DNA from: the human T2T-CHM13v2.0 reference genome, Homo sapiens
NCBI RefSeq assembly: GCF_009914755.1
Contig: NC_060944.1
Length of the DNA stretch: 64,000 nucleotides
Strand: one strand, 5' to 3'
Shown here: positions 38,805 to 51,900 of the stretch, one piece after another
Position numbering within the stretch: the first letter of the stretch is position 1
How the letters are laid out: the number at the start of each line of letters is the position of its first letter
Notes under the pieces: model-generated
Seen by the model: only the letters and a program-made list of their open reading frames with translations
What the model was told of the DNA's origin: nothing
Database searches by the model: none
Made by a program: the position numbers and the translations under genes

Positions 38805-40344
38805 ACTGACGCTGACCCCAGAGAACCCTCTGTCTAATTAATTGAAATTCCACATCTGGAAATATCATCATGTGTACACACTTATGCTCCCTTTGTGGCA
38901 GGGACAAACACATTATTATTTAGGGAATTTATTGTTTTCCTTGCCAAAAGGTGTTTTGTTTTGTTTTTTAAGTAATCATTTAGGAGTTGTACGTTTTAGC
39001 AACAAGGAGAATGAAAATGGTTGAAACGGTTAAACTTGCTCGTTTTTTTTTTTAGTTGTTGGAGAATTCTTTGGGGTTTTGAACTTTCTAGAGTTTTCTC
39101 TCGGGAAGATTTCTGAAATAGAAACTCCTGTTCGTAAAATTACTTGGACCGAGGGCCACCTTGGTGGATCTGGGGGAGGATGGACTTGAGCTTGTCTTTG
39201 TGTGTCTCACTGTAAAGCGGCTTGATCTTAGAGTACACCGTCCCAGTGAGAGCCTCAGTAATCAGAGAGGGAACACTGTGAAACCCACCTTGTTTACACC
39301 GTCACCATGATGACGGCCTACATGATGGCTGCTTTGACTCTGGGGAGATGCGAAACATCTTCACAAAGCATCATTAACCTCCGCGCAATTGGGTGAGCTG
39401 CCAGGAGGGAGAAGCCAGCAGGCAGGAGTTAGAGGGATGAGGAGTAGGAAAAAAGGCATGCAGGGGAGGGGACGACGTGCTTGGGCACAAATGGAGTCAG
39501 TACCTGATCCCTGGAAAGGGGACAGGAGAGGAACAGAGCAGCCACCCTGCACGTCCCTCCAGCCCAGGAGTCCCAAGTGACAAGTGGTGAAGGAAAAACA
39601 CACAGAAGCATCAGGGACTGGAGTCCTGCCCTCTCGTGCCAGCCCTGACTGAGGCGGGAGTGGCAGCACTGGCCAGGGTGGGCCCTGCCCTCCCGCCTGG
39701 ATGCAGAGTGGAGCCTCCAGACCACACTTGACAAGGACCTCAGGATGGCCTCGGGGCAGGGCGGCAGGGCTGGAGGAGACAGTGGATCACATCAAGGCCA
39801 CAGGCAGGGGGAAGCTGAGGCTCAGCCCTCCCTGGCTCCAGGGCAGAGGGTAGAGAACCTGCTGGACTCTGGGCCTTGTTTCTCCCACCAGCCAGTCCCG
39901 CAGAGGCTGCCCTGACCTCACCAACAGAAAACACCAGGCCAGGACCTTGCATTCTCATCTGCTCTGTGCCTTGCTTCACTTGTGAGGGGGGCGCAGCTCC
40001 AGATGGGGGTTCCATGGGCACAGTGTGGAGAAGGGCACTCAGGGCCTGCTGAGCCTCCAGAAATGCACTGAGCTCAACTGGGGGCCCTCGTGGCCCAGGA
40101 GCCTCTGGCCTTCTAGGCTCCAGCCACCCATGCTGTGCCGGGCTCCACGGAAGGCATCTCCCAGGCAGGAGAGTGGCGGTTCGCAGCAGGAGCTTAGAGG
40201 CAGGGCTGGCTCGGCCACGGAGGTTCTGAATGTAAGGCAGCCCAAGGAGACCGCCCAAAGGAAGGGGACACTGGGGGAGGCAGTGACAATACCTGCCAAG
40301 ATCCTTGGCCACACACCCATCCCTGCAGAGCACTTTACATGGAC

Positions 40345-40792
40345 GCTTTCCTCTCCGGGACTGCTGCAACAAAGGCCCACAGACTGGAGCATAAACAGCA
40401 GGGCTGCATCGTCTCACAGTTCTGGGGACCAGGGGTCTGAAGCCAAGGTGTCTGCAGGGCCGGTTCCTCCTGCGCTGTGAGGGAGGCTCCGCTCCAGGCC
40501 TCTCTCCAGCTTCCAGTAGTTGCTGGCAATCTTTGCTCTTCCTTGGCTTGAGGAAGCCTCACCCTGATCCCCACCTTCATCTTCACATGGCGTTTTCCTG
40601 TGTGTGTTCCCCTTAATACAAGCGAGTTTCCCCTTGTATTAAGGACACTGGTCATATTGGATTGGGGCCCACCCTAGTGACCTCGTTTTAACTTGGTAAA
40701 GGCCCTGTCTCCAAATAAGGTCACATTCTGAGATGCTGGAGGTTAGGACTTCAACATACAAATTTTAGGAGAGCACAATTCAACTCCTAACA
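40345..40792 (-). mobile_element. MLT1B/C MaLR LTR
   Basis: tctcacagttctgggg...tctccaaataaggtcacattctgag...aggacttcaacata...cacaattcaactcctaaca. Confidence 0.9.
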
Positions 40793-40827
40793 ATAGAACC
40801 CCTCCTGTAATTTTCAAAACAGAAAAT

Positions 40828-40970
40828 ATTATTTTCCCCAATTTATAGATATGGAAATTGAGGATTTAAAAAGATTCAATAATGTGCTCAGGGCTATGTA
40901 CCCAGTTAATAGTGGAGCCAGGACTGAGATCCCAGTGAGGCCCAAGCCTAACTCTGCTAAAATATGCCCT
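40828..40970 (-). mobile_element. MIR
   Basis: cccaatttatagatatggaaattgagg...cagttaatagtggagccaggact. Confidence 0.75.
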
Positions 40971-41294
40971 AAACTGTAGCTTAACATCAAAACACCCTGA
41001 GTTATAATCAACCTACATTTCCAAAAAATAGCTGGCGATCCCCATCTTTGGCAAGATGGCACCTCATCCGCCAGGAAGGGCTCTGGTGGGGAGTCCCAGA
41101 GGTCTGCCAGGTAATGAGAAATAGAAGGGGATTAACCTGGATTTCTGAGAACCCCGAATGGAAGCGGCACAGAGGCTGCAAGTCCAGGTTTTAAGACTCA
41201 GAGGATGTTTGAAAACGAAGACTCTGCATATCGAGGTCCCTGGGGAAAAGGGGGGGAGATGCAAATGTGTCTCTGAGTGTACTCCAGCAACAGA

Positions 41295-41720
41295 AAGGGA
41301 TTAATTGGGATATTTTTGGTTGCAAGAAATAGAAGACAACTTGAGCTAGTGTAAGCCAGGAGAAGGAGGGTTCATACAAAGGACCCCGCATCTCATGAGG
41401 CCCAGGTCAGAGGCGCAGGCCCAGGAAAGGGGTGGCGGGCAGAAAGAGGCAACACCACCAGCCTCTCTTAGCTTCCAAGCCACGCTTGGCCCCTCTGTGG
41501 CTGTCTCTGCTGCCCATTCCAATGGCGGTACGCACCATGGCCCCTGGTCCCTCAGTCGGCGTCCTGTTGTGCTGGAGAGACACTTATACAAGAATCCCTC
41601 AGAGCCAGGTCCAAATTCCCAGGACACAGAATCTGTCCCAACTTGGATCGTGTGTTCACACCATGGTCCAACCAGCTGTGGCCAGGTGTGAGATCAGGTG
41701 GTGGGAATATGGCAAATGGG
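41295..41720 (-). mobile_element. Ancient LTR (MLT1K/L or LTR16-like)
   Basis: ttggttgcaagaaatagaagacaacttgagctag; aacttggatcgtgtgttcacacc...ccagctgtggccagg. Confidence 0.5.
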
Positions 41721-42561
41721 CCCCACCAGGGGGAGGGGAAGGAGAAGGGTGACCAGGTATGCTGAGCCAAGACCCCAAGAAGCCCCTTCCCCGAGGGTTA
41801 AGACAGGAAAATCTAGGCTTGGTTTTCATATTCAAGGAGGCTGAGTACAGAACAAGGGAACCATGACAAGAAATTGGAGACCCACTCTTTGTTTAAAAAC
41901 AAATTGGGGGGTTGGGGAGAAGGAGCTTTGTTCTCCACAAATCAAACATTTCAAACCCTGCAGGATCCGGCACTGCTAGAATCTTCTCCAAGCCGGGCCG
42001 CCTGCTTCTCTACCGGTCTCTTAGCAACTAAATACCTGACTAATACTCAACTTTTCCCAGGGCTTTAAGAGCTGCAAGATATTAATTCCAAGCAAGACAT
42101 CTAAATTGTTACTCTGGAAACTTGCTCATGCCCCCTTCATGGGTCAGACACTGAAAGGCCACGTTCCAAGTATCCTTACCATCTCACCCTCGCCGTCCCT
42201 AGAAGCAGGATTGAAGTCCCGTCTCCACACGGCCACGGCAGGAGGGGCGGCCTGGGCTCAGATGAGTGGCTCCAGATTGGACACACACAGAGCTTGCTTT
42301 GCCATGGGTATGTTTACGTGTCAGTTCCCACCCATGCACTCAGGAAAAGCGGGTCCCTCTTTCCAACCCTGAGGGAAATCATAGAAAGAAATAATAAAAT
42401 AGGAAAACAAAATTGCTGATCGATGAAAACCACAAGATGTTTTTGTTTCTTAAAGACAAATCAACACAACATAGCAGGTATGACCAAGGGAAAAAAAAAA
42501 TAAGCATTGAGAACAAAAAGTAGGACATATGAAAATAAAAGGACTCAATTTACAAGCTGGA

Positions 42562-42737
42562 GGCCGAGCGCAGTGGCTCAGGTCTACGTCATCCCAGCAC
42601 TTTGAGAGGCCGAGTAGAGTGGACCACTTGAGGTCAGGAGTTTGAGGCCAGCCCGGCCAACATGGTGAAACCCCATCTCTACTAAAAATAAATAAATTAA
42701 TTAATTAATTAATTAATTAATTAATAAAATAAAATAA
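42562..42737 (+). mobile_element. Alu left monomer with (TTAA)n-containing tail
   Basis: ggccgagcgcagtggctca...tctctactaaaaata, then aattaattaattaa...; no right arm. Confidence 0.9.
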
Positions 42738-43866
42738 AGAACGAACGAACTCAGGGCCTTGGCTGTGAAACCCCGGCAGCAGGTGAACAAATTATCCCAG
42801 GGCTTTTGGGCAGCAATTTGCCTCTTAGTGTCCAGGGAGTGTCAGGGATGAGCCACCACCCTATGCAGGGTGTGTCCCATGAGCACGAAGCTGCCAGGGG
42901 AGGCCCAAGGATCCCAGATGTTGGTCAACACTGACTGCTGTCCCTTCGCTCTCTCTGTGTTGATTTTACCTGCAATGTCTGTGCTCTGGGCAGGACCTGG
43001 AGGGTGGGGGGCTCCTAAGGATGAATGCGCTTCTAGCTTGGGAGAAGCTTCAGGGAGCGTTGGGGACACAGAGCCTCCCCAAGTCTACCCGTGGTGGGTA
43101 AGAGCCTGACGCCCACCTGTGGAGCACTCTGGGCAAGAGACTTCCTCATCTGAAACGGCACTGTTCTACAATGGGGGTAAAAAGAGCGCCTATTCCTGAT
43201 GGCTCCTGGGAAGGGCGGCACACCTTAGCTGTTCTGTTCTGTTATCCTGGCAACCTGCGCTTGCTGAGGCTGTCACTGTGTCACCTACAGATGAGGCCAT
43301 CGAGGCCAGGCCAGGTGAGTGTTGGCCCACAGTTGCAGGAGCAGAGCACGTGCCAGCCCTCACGGGAAGCCACACCTGGATCCGTGGTCTGTGCCGTCTC
43401 CCTAAAAGCACGTGGAGCGATGCACCTTTCAAAGTGGCCCCGTGCTGAGTACAATAAAGCCGCTTAATTTGCCATTCTATCAACTGGAAATCCTTATTAA
43501 CTAGCGATCATACCATACAGTGATAATTGATATTCATAAGGAACTTAATTGAAATTAAGTTTTAAAATAGCTTTAGTGTTAAGTGCATTTTATTCTAATT
43601 CCTGGAAAATTGGTCATCCATGTATAGTAGATGAGGTAACAAGGAAACATGCTGAATAAAACCACTCAGCCCCGACTTTCCCAGATGTCTGGGTTTCCTA
43701 TGAAAGAAGAGGGGCTTAGCGGAGTCCAGTGGGTGCTCACCATACTGATGCCAAAGACCACCCCGAGGTGCCCATGAGGCTGCGTCTTCTCTCCCCACCT
43801 GGCCCTGCGTATGGATGCCCCTGAGTGTCATCACCCCAGCACCACCCCCACCCAGTCTAGGAATCT

Positions 43867-44647
<781 letters not shown>

Positions 44648-44679
44648 GGTCCTAATTCCTAATCTTCCTTGTTTGATTC

Positions 44680-44783
44680 TGCATATTGAAGGTGGGCAAC
44701 GTGAAGCTTTACATAAATATCTATAGTGCAATGGTTATTGCCATCAAGCCAATTAGTATCTACACCACTTTCCATAGTTACCA

Positions 44784-44834
<51 letters not shown>

Positions 44835-44945
44835 TAAGGGCCCCTAAAATCTACTCTCAGCAAAATTTCCATATACAATGTAATATTATTAGACCTCATG
44901 CTATACATTACACCTCCAGGATTTATTCATCTTCTTTAACTGCAC
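44680..44945 (-). mobile_element. L1MA 3' fragment containing (GT)23
   Basis: atcaagccaattagtatc...ctaaaatctactctcagcaaaatttc. Confidence 0.75.
44787..44832 (+). repeat. (GT)23 microsatellite
   Basis: Perfect dinucleotide run. Confidence 0.98.
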
Positions 44946-46729
44946 TGGGCCTAGGTCTGGGCACATGGAGTAGGTGAGGCAGGGTGAATGAGACCCCAAG
45001 GGTCTGTCCTGGAGCTTGTGATGGGGATGGGCCATAAACAGCCCCGAGTGCAGGAGGATGGGGGGGGACGTGTGTGAGTCCTCTCGGTCATAGCAGCTGG
45101 TCTCGTTGGCAGTGCCCAGCTCTGTACGCCTTGCTTCTAAAGGTGACTGCCTGCAGGTGCTGTGGCTGCAATGAGGCAGACGGCAGAGGGCCAGGGTGTT
45201 TGATGGCAGAGATGGAAGAGGGAGAGTGTGGGGCAGAGCTCATTCCATCTTCAAACATGCTGTGGGGGTTGAACTCAGCCTGCACTTCCCTACACATGAG
45301 CACAGCCAGGGATCACAGATGCCCAGCGACCCACGGGCGTCCCACTGCCTGGACCTCACAGAGCCAGTGCCCACCACAATCCCGCTCTGCAGGCGGGAAT
45401 CCACATCTGATTCTGCCCTTTCTTCAGACCCTGATAATGCCATGAGAATGGAGGAATTAAGATGTGGCTGTCAGTGACGAGCTGTGAGTTCTAAAAAGTC
45501 CTCATGAAAACGAGGCCAAGTTTTATCCATCGCAAAATCCCCACCCAAGAACTCAGCCCACAAGAACAATCGTCCACAGCCTTCCAAGTTAACAGAAAAG
45601 AGCGGCAGAGGTCCTTAGACATGTGCAAAGGGAAAGCAGCCCCAGATACGCGCCCCCCACCACACTTCCGTCTCTCAGCCGCAAGTCCCCTGCACCCAGC
45701 AGCCCAGCCCTGCCAGATAAACACTGCCTCATCGAGGACGGTACAGGCAGATCCCAAACCCAGTCATTCTAATTATCTCTGAAGCACATGCTGAAGACTG
45801 ATTTGCATATTGAAAATATGGCAGGGCAGGAAGGGAGCGAGCTGGCATTTCTCAACTCTGCCAGTGTTGTCTTCCGACGGCGTCATAAGACACTCTTCTA
45901 ATGAAGTAATAAAAACAGTGTGAAATTTCAAACCACCCCAGGACATCTTTAAATGACAGCATCTCCTTTCCTGCGGTGATGAGAAAAGGAATGGCTTAGA
46001 AGTTACAGACCACACAGTGCTTCCCGGGGACCCCTGCCACAGCCGAAATAAGCTATCTAAATACCTGCATGGACTTCTCACTGTTCATCACTCAGTCTCC
46101 ACCCCTGAAGCACCCACCCTCCTATGGTAGTTTCCCATGCTAACTACCTACCTGGCTAGCTCCCACTCATCCTCATTTCCCAGGCAAACACGCAGGTGAC
46201 TGGTATAAAGTCTGCTGTGTGTGCTCATTCCATCTTCAAAAAAAGTGTTTAATTTGTTAGCACTTAAAGTATGCATAACTGTAAAGACAGCCAGGTGCTC
46301 CAGGGAAACTTTGCTTTAAACAAAGACGCATCTTACAGTGAATGTTCTGTGGACCGTATCTACGTGTGTATCAAACACACCACATGGCACTTTGTAGGAA
46401 GCTACTGCATCTCTGCGGAACAGTGTGGGAAATCAGCTCACAAGACCTTTGGAACCCAATGCTGTCACCCGTAGAAGAAGAGAAAGGTTCCTAGAATTGG
46501 CCTTGGGCAGGAGCTTTTCCCAACTCAGTGTCCTGATGCCTCTTCCAGGAAGCCTGTGTTGGCCCTGAGCTGCCAGCCCCTGAGCCCCAGAATCCTCACC
46601 CGCTCCCCGCGCACCTACCCTCAGCTCCAGCCTCTCGGAGGAACAGACAAGGAACAGATGGGCCAGCATGCAGTTAGCAGCTGAGAAACCAGTTCATGCT
46701 GGGGAGGTACAGGCTTTGGGATGGTCCCT

Positions 46730-47185
46730 CCCTAGTCTTGTCTTAAGATAAAATGTCAATACTTTGTCCTGACCTTCCTACCTAGTCTCGCCCCCGTCTG
46801 GTTTATAACCTCCTTCATACACTCCCCTCCTTGCCCACAGTGGATTCTTCAGCCCCGGTACCCTACAGAACTGTTCCTGCATTTTGCAGGGCCCCAGAGA
46901 CCCACTGAGCTCTCGGCACTCACAGCTGCCCTCCTGGGAGTCACCCTGTATTTCTTGACCCTACTTTATTCCTTATTTCTTTGTTTTTCACAGCACCTGT
47001 CTGACAAGACCTCATTTTTGGCTAACATGTGAATTGCCCCTCCAGTCCACTCAGCAACCACTACCATGGTGGTCCACGCAGGGAGTGGCCATGACCGCCA
47101 TGAGAGCCCCCAACCCTCCACCTTGCACAGTGCTGAATGTGCAGAGAAGCTCCCCAAATCTATGCTGGGTGAACAAATGAACGTC
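46730..47185 (+). mobile_element. L2 fragment (degenerate)
   Basis: tcttaagataaaatg...; cttgcacagtgctgaatgtgcagagaagctc...tgaacaaatgaa. Confidence 0.5.
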
Positions 47186-47879
47186 TTGACCCTGTGGAAA
47201 CCCAGAGTGGGAGAAAGAGGTGGTGCCCTTGGGAAGCGTCCACGACTTAGACCTTCTTAGGTACATGGCAGCAGGCAGAGGCCACTCTCAATGTCATGCA
47301 TGAGAACGGCCCCCTGGCCTCACAGAAGGATGATAGACTCCGAGCAAAAGGCACTTTATATCCCATCAAGACACAGATGGCATTCGGGTGGACTTGGGCT
47401 CTCTTAAACTGAGGCAGACAGAGCACCTGTCTGTTGGGAATGGTGATTGAGTCAAGGGACAAAAGCATTGTCAGAGACCCAGAAACAATCGAGAATTAAA
47501 GCAGGAGGCTGGGTCTAAAATGCAATTCAGTGTCACAACACAGGCTGGGCTGAACACTGCCTCTGTTCTGGGCACTGGTTTATCACCTCCTTCATACTCA
47601 CCCCTCCTTGCCCACAAGTGGATTCCTCAGCCCTCGCACCCCGCAGAACTATTCCAGCATTTTTCAGGGCCAGGATCTTCTCAACTGTGCCAAGGTAAAG
47701 AAGTCGCTGCCCTGCCCTGCAGTTCACCTTCTGACCATGAAGGCAGATGTGTGCCCCCAAAGCTGAGGCCTTCTTGCACTGAGGCATTGAGCCACGTTCA
47801 GGCTGTGGGCTGCCCGCTGCTGTAGACAAGAAGGCTGAGCCACCTCTGACCTCATGGAGCTCCAACATTCATCAGCTGA

Positions 47880-48240
47880 TGCCCCAAATAATAAATAATG
47901 TCTAATTACAACTTGTGATAAGCACTGTGAAAGAAACATGAAGGGTGGCTTGAGAGCTTGGCCTACGTATGGGCCTGGCGATCTAACAGGAAGAGCCAAC
48001 CCATCTAGAATGTGACGCTTGAGCTGGGAAGGGGTGGCCAAGTGTTTGGCAATGAGGAGGAGTCAGAGACAGGAAAGGCTACATCCCATGAAGGGGGCGT
48101 GGCAGGTCTGCAGAATGGCAGGTGGGACTGGAATGCTGAGTACCAGGGCATGTTGGGGGAGACGCACACGGCTGGGATGGGGGCTAGCAGATGCCATGCC
48201 ACCTGGACTTTCTGACAGTGTTAAGGCTGCTGGTCTTTAT
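47880..48240 (-). mobile_element. L2 fragment
   Basis: ataaataatgtctaattacaacttgtgataagcactgtgaaagaaa...gtgacgcttgagctg. Confidence 0.6.
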
Positions 48241-48324
48241 CTCCAGGGTGGCGGGAATATCCGCACATCTAACCCTACACCTTCTTTATCAGTTTTGGCT
48301 CTAATGTCCCCTTCTCTGTGATGT

Positions 48325-48481
48325 CTTTTTTTAAATACAAGGGCTTGCTCTGTCACCCAGGCTGGAGTGCAGTGACGTTATCAGACGTCACTGCAGCCTC
48401 AACCTTCTGGACTCAATCGATCCTCCCACTTCAGCCTCCCGAGTAGCAGTGACTACAGGTGTAAGCCACCACCCGCAGCTA
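48325..48481 (-). mobile_element. Alu right monomer (AluJ/FRAM-like)
   Basis: ttgctctgtcacccaggctggagtgcagtg...gactacaggtgtaagccaccacc. Confidence 0.88.
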
Positions 48482-48605
48482 GTGCCGCCTTTTTGATGAA
48501 CATTCCTTAAAATTAAGACCCAGCCCGGCCCTCCCTGCCTCCCTTCTCACACTTTATTGTTTTCCACAGCACTCTGCCATTTACATACAATGTAATTTAC
48601 CTCTT

Positions 48606-48981
48606 TTTATAATTGTTTTATCTCAACAGTTTTTGGGGTACAGGTGGATTTTTGGTTACTTGGATAAGTTCTTTAGTGGTGATTTCTAAGATTTTAGTGC
48701 ACCTGTCACCTGAGCAGTGTACACTGTACCCAATGTCTAGTCTTTTATCCCTCAGCCCCCTCCCTCCCTTTCCCTGAGTCCCCAAAGTCCATTGTGTCGT
48801 TCTTATGCCTCTGCATCCTCATAGCTTTAGCTCCCACTTATAAGTGAGAATATCTGATATTTGGTTTTCCATTCCTGAGTTACTTAGAATAATGGTCTCC
48901 AGCTCCATCCGAGTTGCTGCAAAAGACACTATTTCATTCCTTTTTATGGCTAAGTAGTATTCCCTGGTGTATATAGGCCAC
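48606..48981 (-). mobile_element. L1PB 3' end inserted in an L2 fragment
   Basis: ttggataagttctttagtggtgatttc...ccccaaagtccatt; TSD AATTTACCTCTT / AATTTGCCTCTT. Confidence 0.9.
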
Positions 48982-51900
48982 AATTTGCCTCTTCGTTTAC
49001 TCCCTGTCTCCTTCCACTAGAACATACGCTGCAGGAGGACAGGACATGGTCTTTTCTTGGCTGGATTTCTTCCCTACTGTCTCTTCAGTGCCCTTGAGGG
49101 TGTTGCCTCTGGTGGCTCCTAGTTTTCTCCTCCACATTGAAAAGGCACACGAATTGCAGAAAATCAAGAGGGTTTGAAGGTCACTGGGGCAAAGGGGAAA
49201 GGTCGGTCCCTGCAGGAATCTTAGAAACACTACCAGACATTGTTGAGGGCCCAGTGTGCTGGGAAGCCAGGAATTTCTAGTGACACTGATCCGCACGAGG
49301 GGCGGGGGGTTCTTCAGAAATTCTCAGCAGTGTGGCTGTGGAGAATGCCCACAGCTCAGCTGGCCCACGCAAGTTCCACACTGACACAGGGCAAGGGAGG
49401 AAGCCAACCAGGGAGGCCGTGCCGAGGAAGAAAAGCACAAAAGTATTGCTAAAAATGTACAGGAGAAAAGAGAGGATGAGAAGGATCAGGATGTGAGGCA
49501 GAATATGCTTAGCTGCCAACAGCGCATGGCAGTATCCCCTGGTGAGCTGGAGAAGATGGGACTCAGTCCTCCTGCTAGGCAGCTGAGACCTGCATGGACC
49601 ACCTTTTCTGAGACCCAGCATCCGTGTGGTCTGGTCCATTGCTCCGGGAGCAAGACTGCAGGCTCCCCAGCCCTCCCATAGGTGTGCACTGACCTTGGAA
49701 GCCAAGGTGATCAGAAAGCTGCTCTATTCTCCAGACCATACAACAGCCCTGCGGTACACCCAGAGCCTTCCTTATTTTAAAGACAGGGTGTCGTGATTTC
49801 TCCATTGATGGATGGCGGGCTTGGGATGCCCTATGAAAGGCACATGTGTGGCATGGAAAATTCACAGCAATCTTGGTAGTGAAGCAGGAAGGCCTCAGAT
49901 GGAATTGCTGAGAGCCCAGCCGAGGGAAGGAATGCATGGACATTGGTTGAGTTCTCATTATGTGCTGGCCTTTTTACACTCTCCCATTTGATTTTTAGGA
50001 TAATCTAGTGAAATATGCATGTGCTTCCAATTGTGTAACATTTACGAGGAAAAACACATTGGGGGGGGGGACGTTTACATGCATAATAGGCACCACGCCT
50101 GAAACTCAAAGTACGCAAGATGTTTTTATTCTTTCAAGACACTTGGGAATATCCTCAGAGGCTGTTAAAACCAGTCCCTGCACCTGAAATTGCTAGGCAC
50201 TTTATTAAGTTAACCGAAACACATTTTAGAACATAGGTAATTCACCCAACTGATAAACTTGCAAATTGATTTCAGTGAATTGAATTATGTTCGATTTCAG
50301 GGATTTGGTCCTGTAGCAAAGCGTTTATTTTGTGAACTGATTGACCACAGATTAGTTTTGCCAACCCATCTGTTTGGATCCAAAGTTTATCTCCCTACTC
50401 AGCCACAGCCCTCCCGGACCAGCACCCTGCTCCAAGTAGCTCCTACTTTCTGCTGACTTGTTTACATTACACATTTGGAACCTCAATTCATTCATTTGAA
50501 TGTATCAATCCACAAGCTGGCCACATGCACAACTCTGCTAAATACTGTTTCCAACACCCCAGGGTGTAGAAAGACTTAGTTACGAAGTCCATTCTTCCTC
50601 CTTTCCTGCTGCAGCACAAGGAGATGTGGAATGGACTGGCTCAGCCCCATCTCACCTCCTGTCACAAGGAGATTCGCCATTGGATGCTGTTTAAACTTGG
50701 GTCGGTATTTGGTGGGTGACAGATGTTTCTCTGCAAGAGTTCACAGTCCGCCCGTCCCCTGCCCCACACAGATGTGATTTAGGGCATCATGAATCAATCG
50801 TCACTTCTGGAATCTCAGTGAGCAGATGTCCTCTTTAGAGATTCTAATCCAAATTGTTAACCTCCAGATTCCTCTGGCTTTTTTTTTTTTTTTTAGAAGT
50901 GCCAGTTGTCTGTGAAGATGTCAAAGGGCATAAATGTTAATTGGATATGGGACTTACCGATAGGTCTTTCTTGAATGAAATAAATGCATCTTATGGGACA
51001 AACACACCCAGGGGAGTCCAGGCAGAACTACCACCCCAGACATCAGCTTGAGCCCGGGGATGTCATCAGCAGCAAACAGATGCACTGCAGGGCATCCGAA
51101 ATTAATCACTGCTGCTGACATTTTAATAAACAGCTGCTTTTGAAATTGCTTTGGAATGAGCACAGATTCTGACCCAATCTTTTTGAAAGAAGATCAGGGC
51201 ATTATAAAGCTGTCTATTTTGAAAGCAAGGAGAAAACAAACTTGAAAGTAATTCTTAAACAGACTCCTTTAGGAATCAGCCCATGTGGAGTGACCCTAAG
51301 TAACTTTCATGAGCTCAGGCCCACACCGAAGCACAGGGCAGTGACATGCATCCAGGGACCTAACGCCAGGGGTGCCTGGATTAACCGTGTGATCTTTATG
51401 GGGTATCTCCCCTTGCCGGGACTCAGGTTCCTCACAGAGAATGGGGATAGCGCAACTCTCCCTCTTCTGGGGGCTTTCGCAAGTAACTGAGGAGAGAGCA
51501 GACACTGGACATGACCGCCCTCCGAGTGGATACAGTCGCCCCCAATGCAAGACAGCCTCTGTCACCCACTTTATCCTCCTAAGTGGAACCGAGGAGCGGC
51601 TCTACTGGAGGAATCAAAAGAATTCCAAATCAAGTCAGATCCATAGTTCTGCAACAGGTGACCTGGGATGACGCTCAGCCTTTTTGACCAAACATCCAGG
51701 GTGATAAACAGAAGGTTGGAAAGGATTCACCGCAGCAAAGGGATCCAATGATTTGCTTCTGGTGCTCCCTCTGTGTTGCGAGGGCGTGTGAATGTGTGGA
51801 CAGCCGCGCATGGTGGGGCAGGAATCCAGGCCCACATCCTCTCCCTGATGCTTCTCTCCGTGGGCCGCACTTTCCACTTTAAATAGCTCCAGGACATTCT

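Noticed and set aside
39338-39368. Small hairpin ggagatg-cgaaa-catctt as a possible structured RNA
   Set aside because: Stem too short and imperfect; no pre-miRNA, snoRNA or tRNA features
39740-40480. 225-aa and 151-aa ORFs in GC-rich DNA
   Set aside because: They overlap an MLT1 LTR, have P/G/A/R-biased chance composition, no recognisable domain and no evident exon structure
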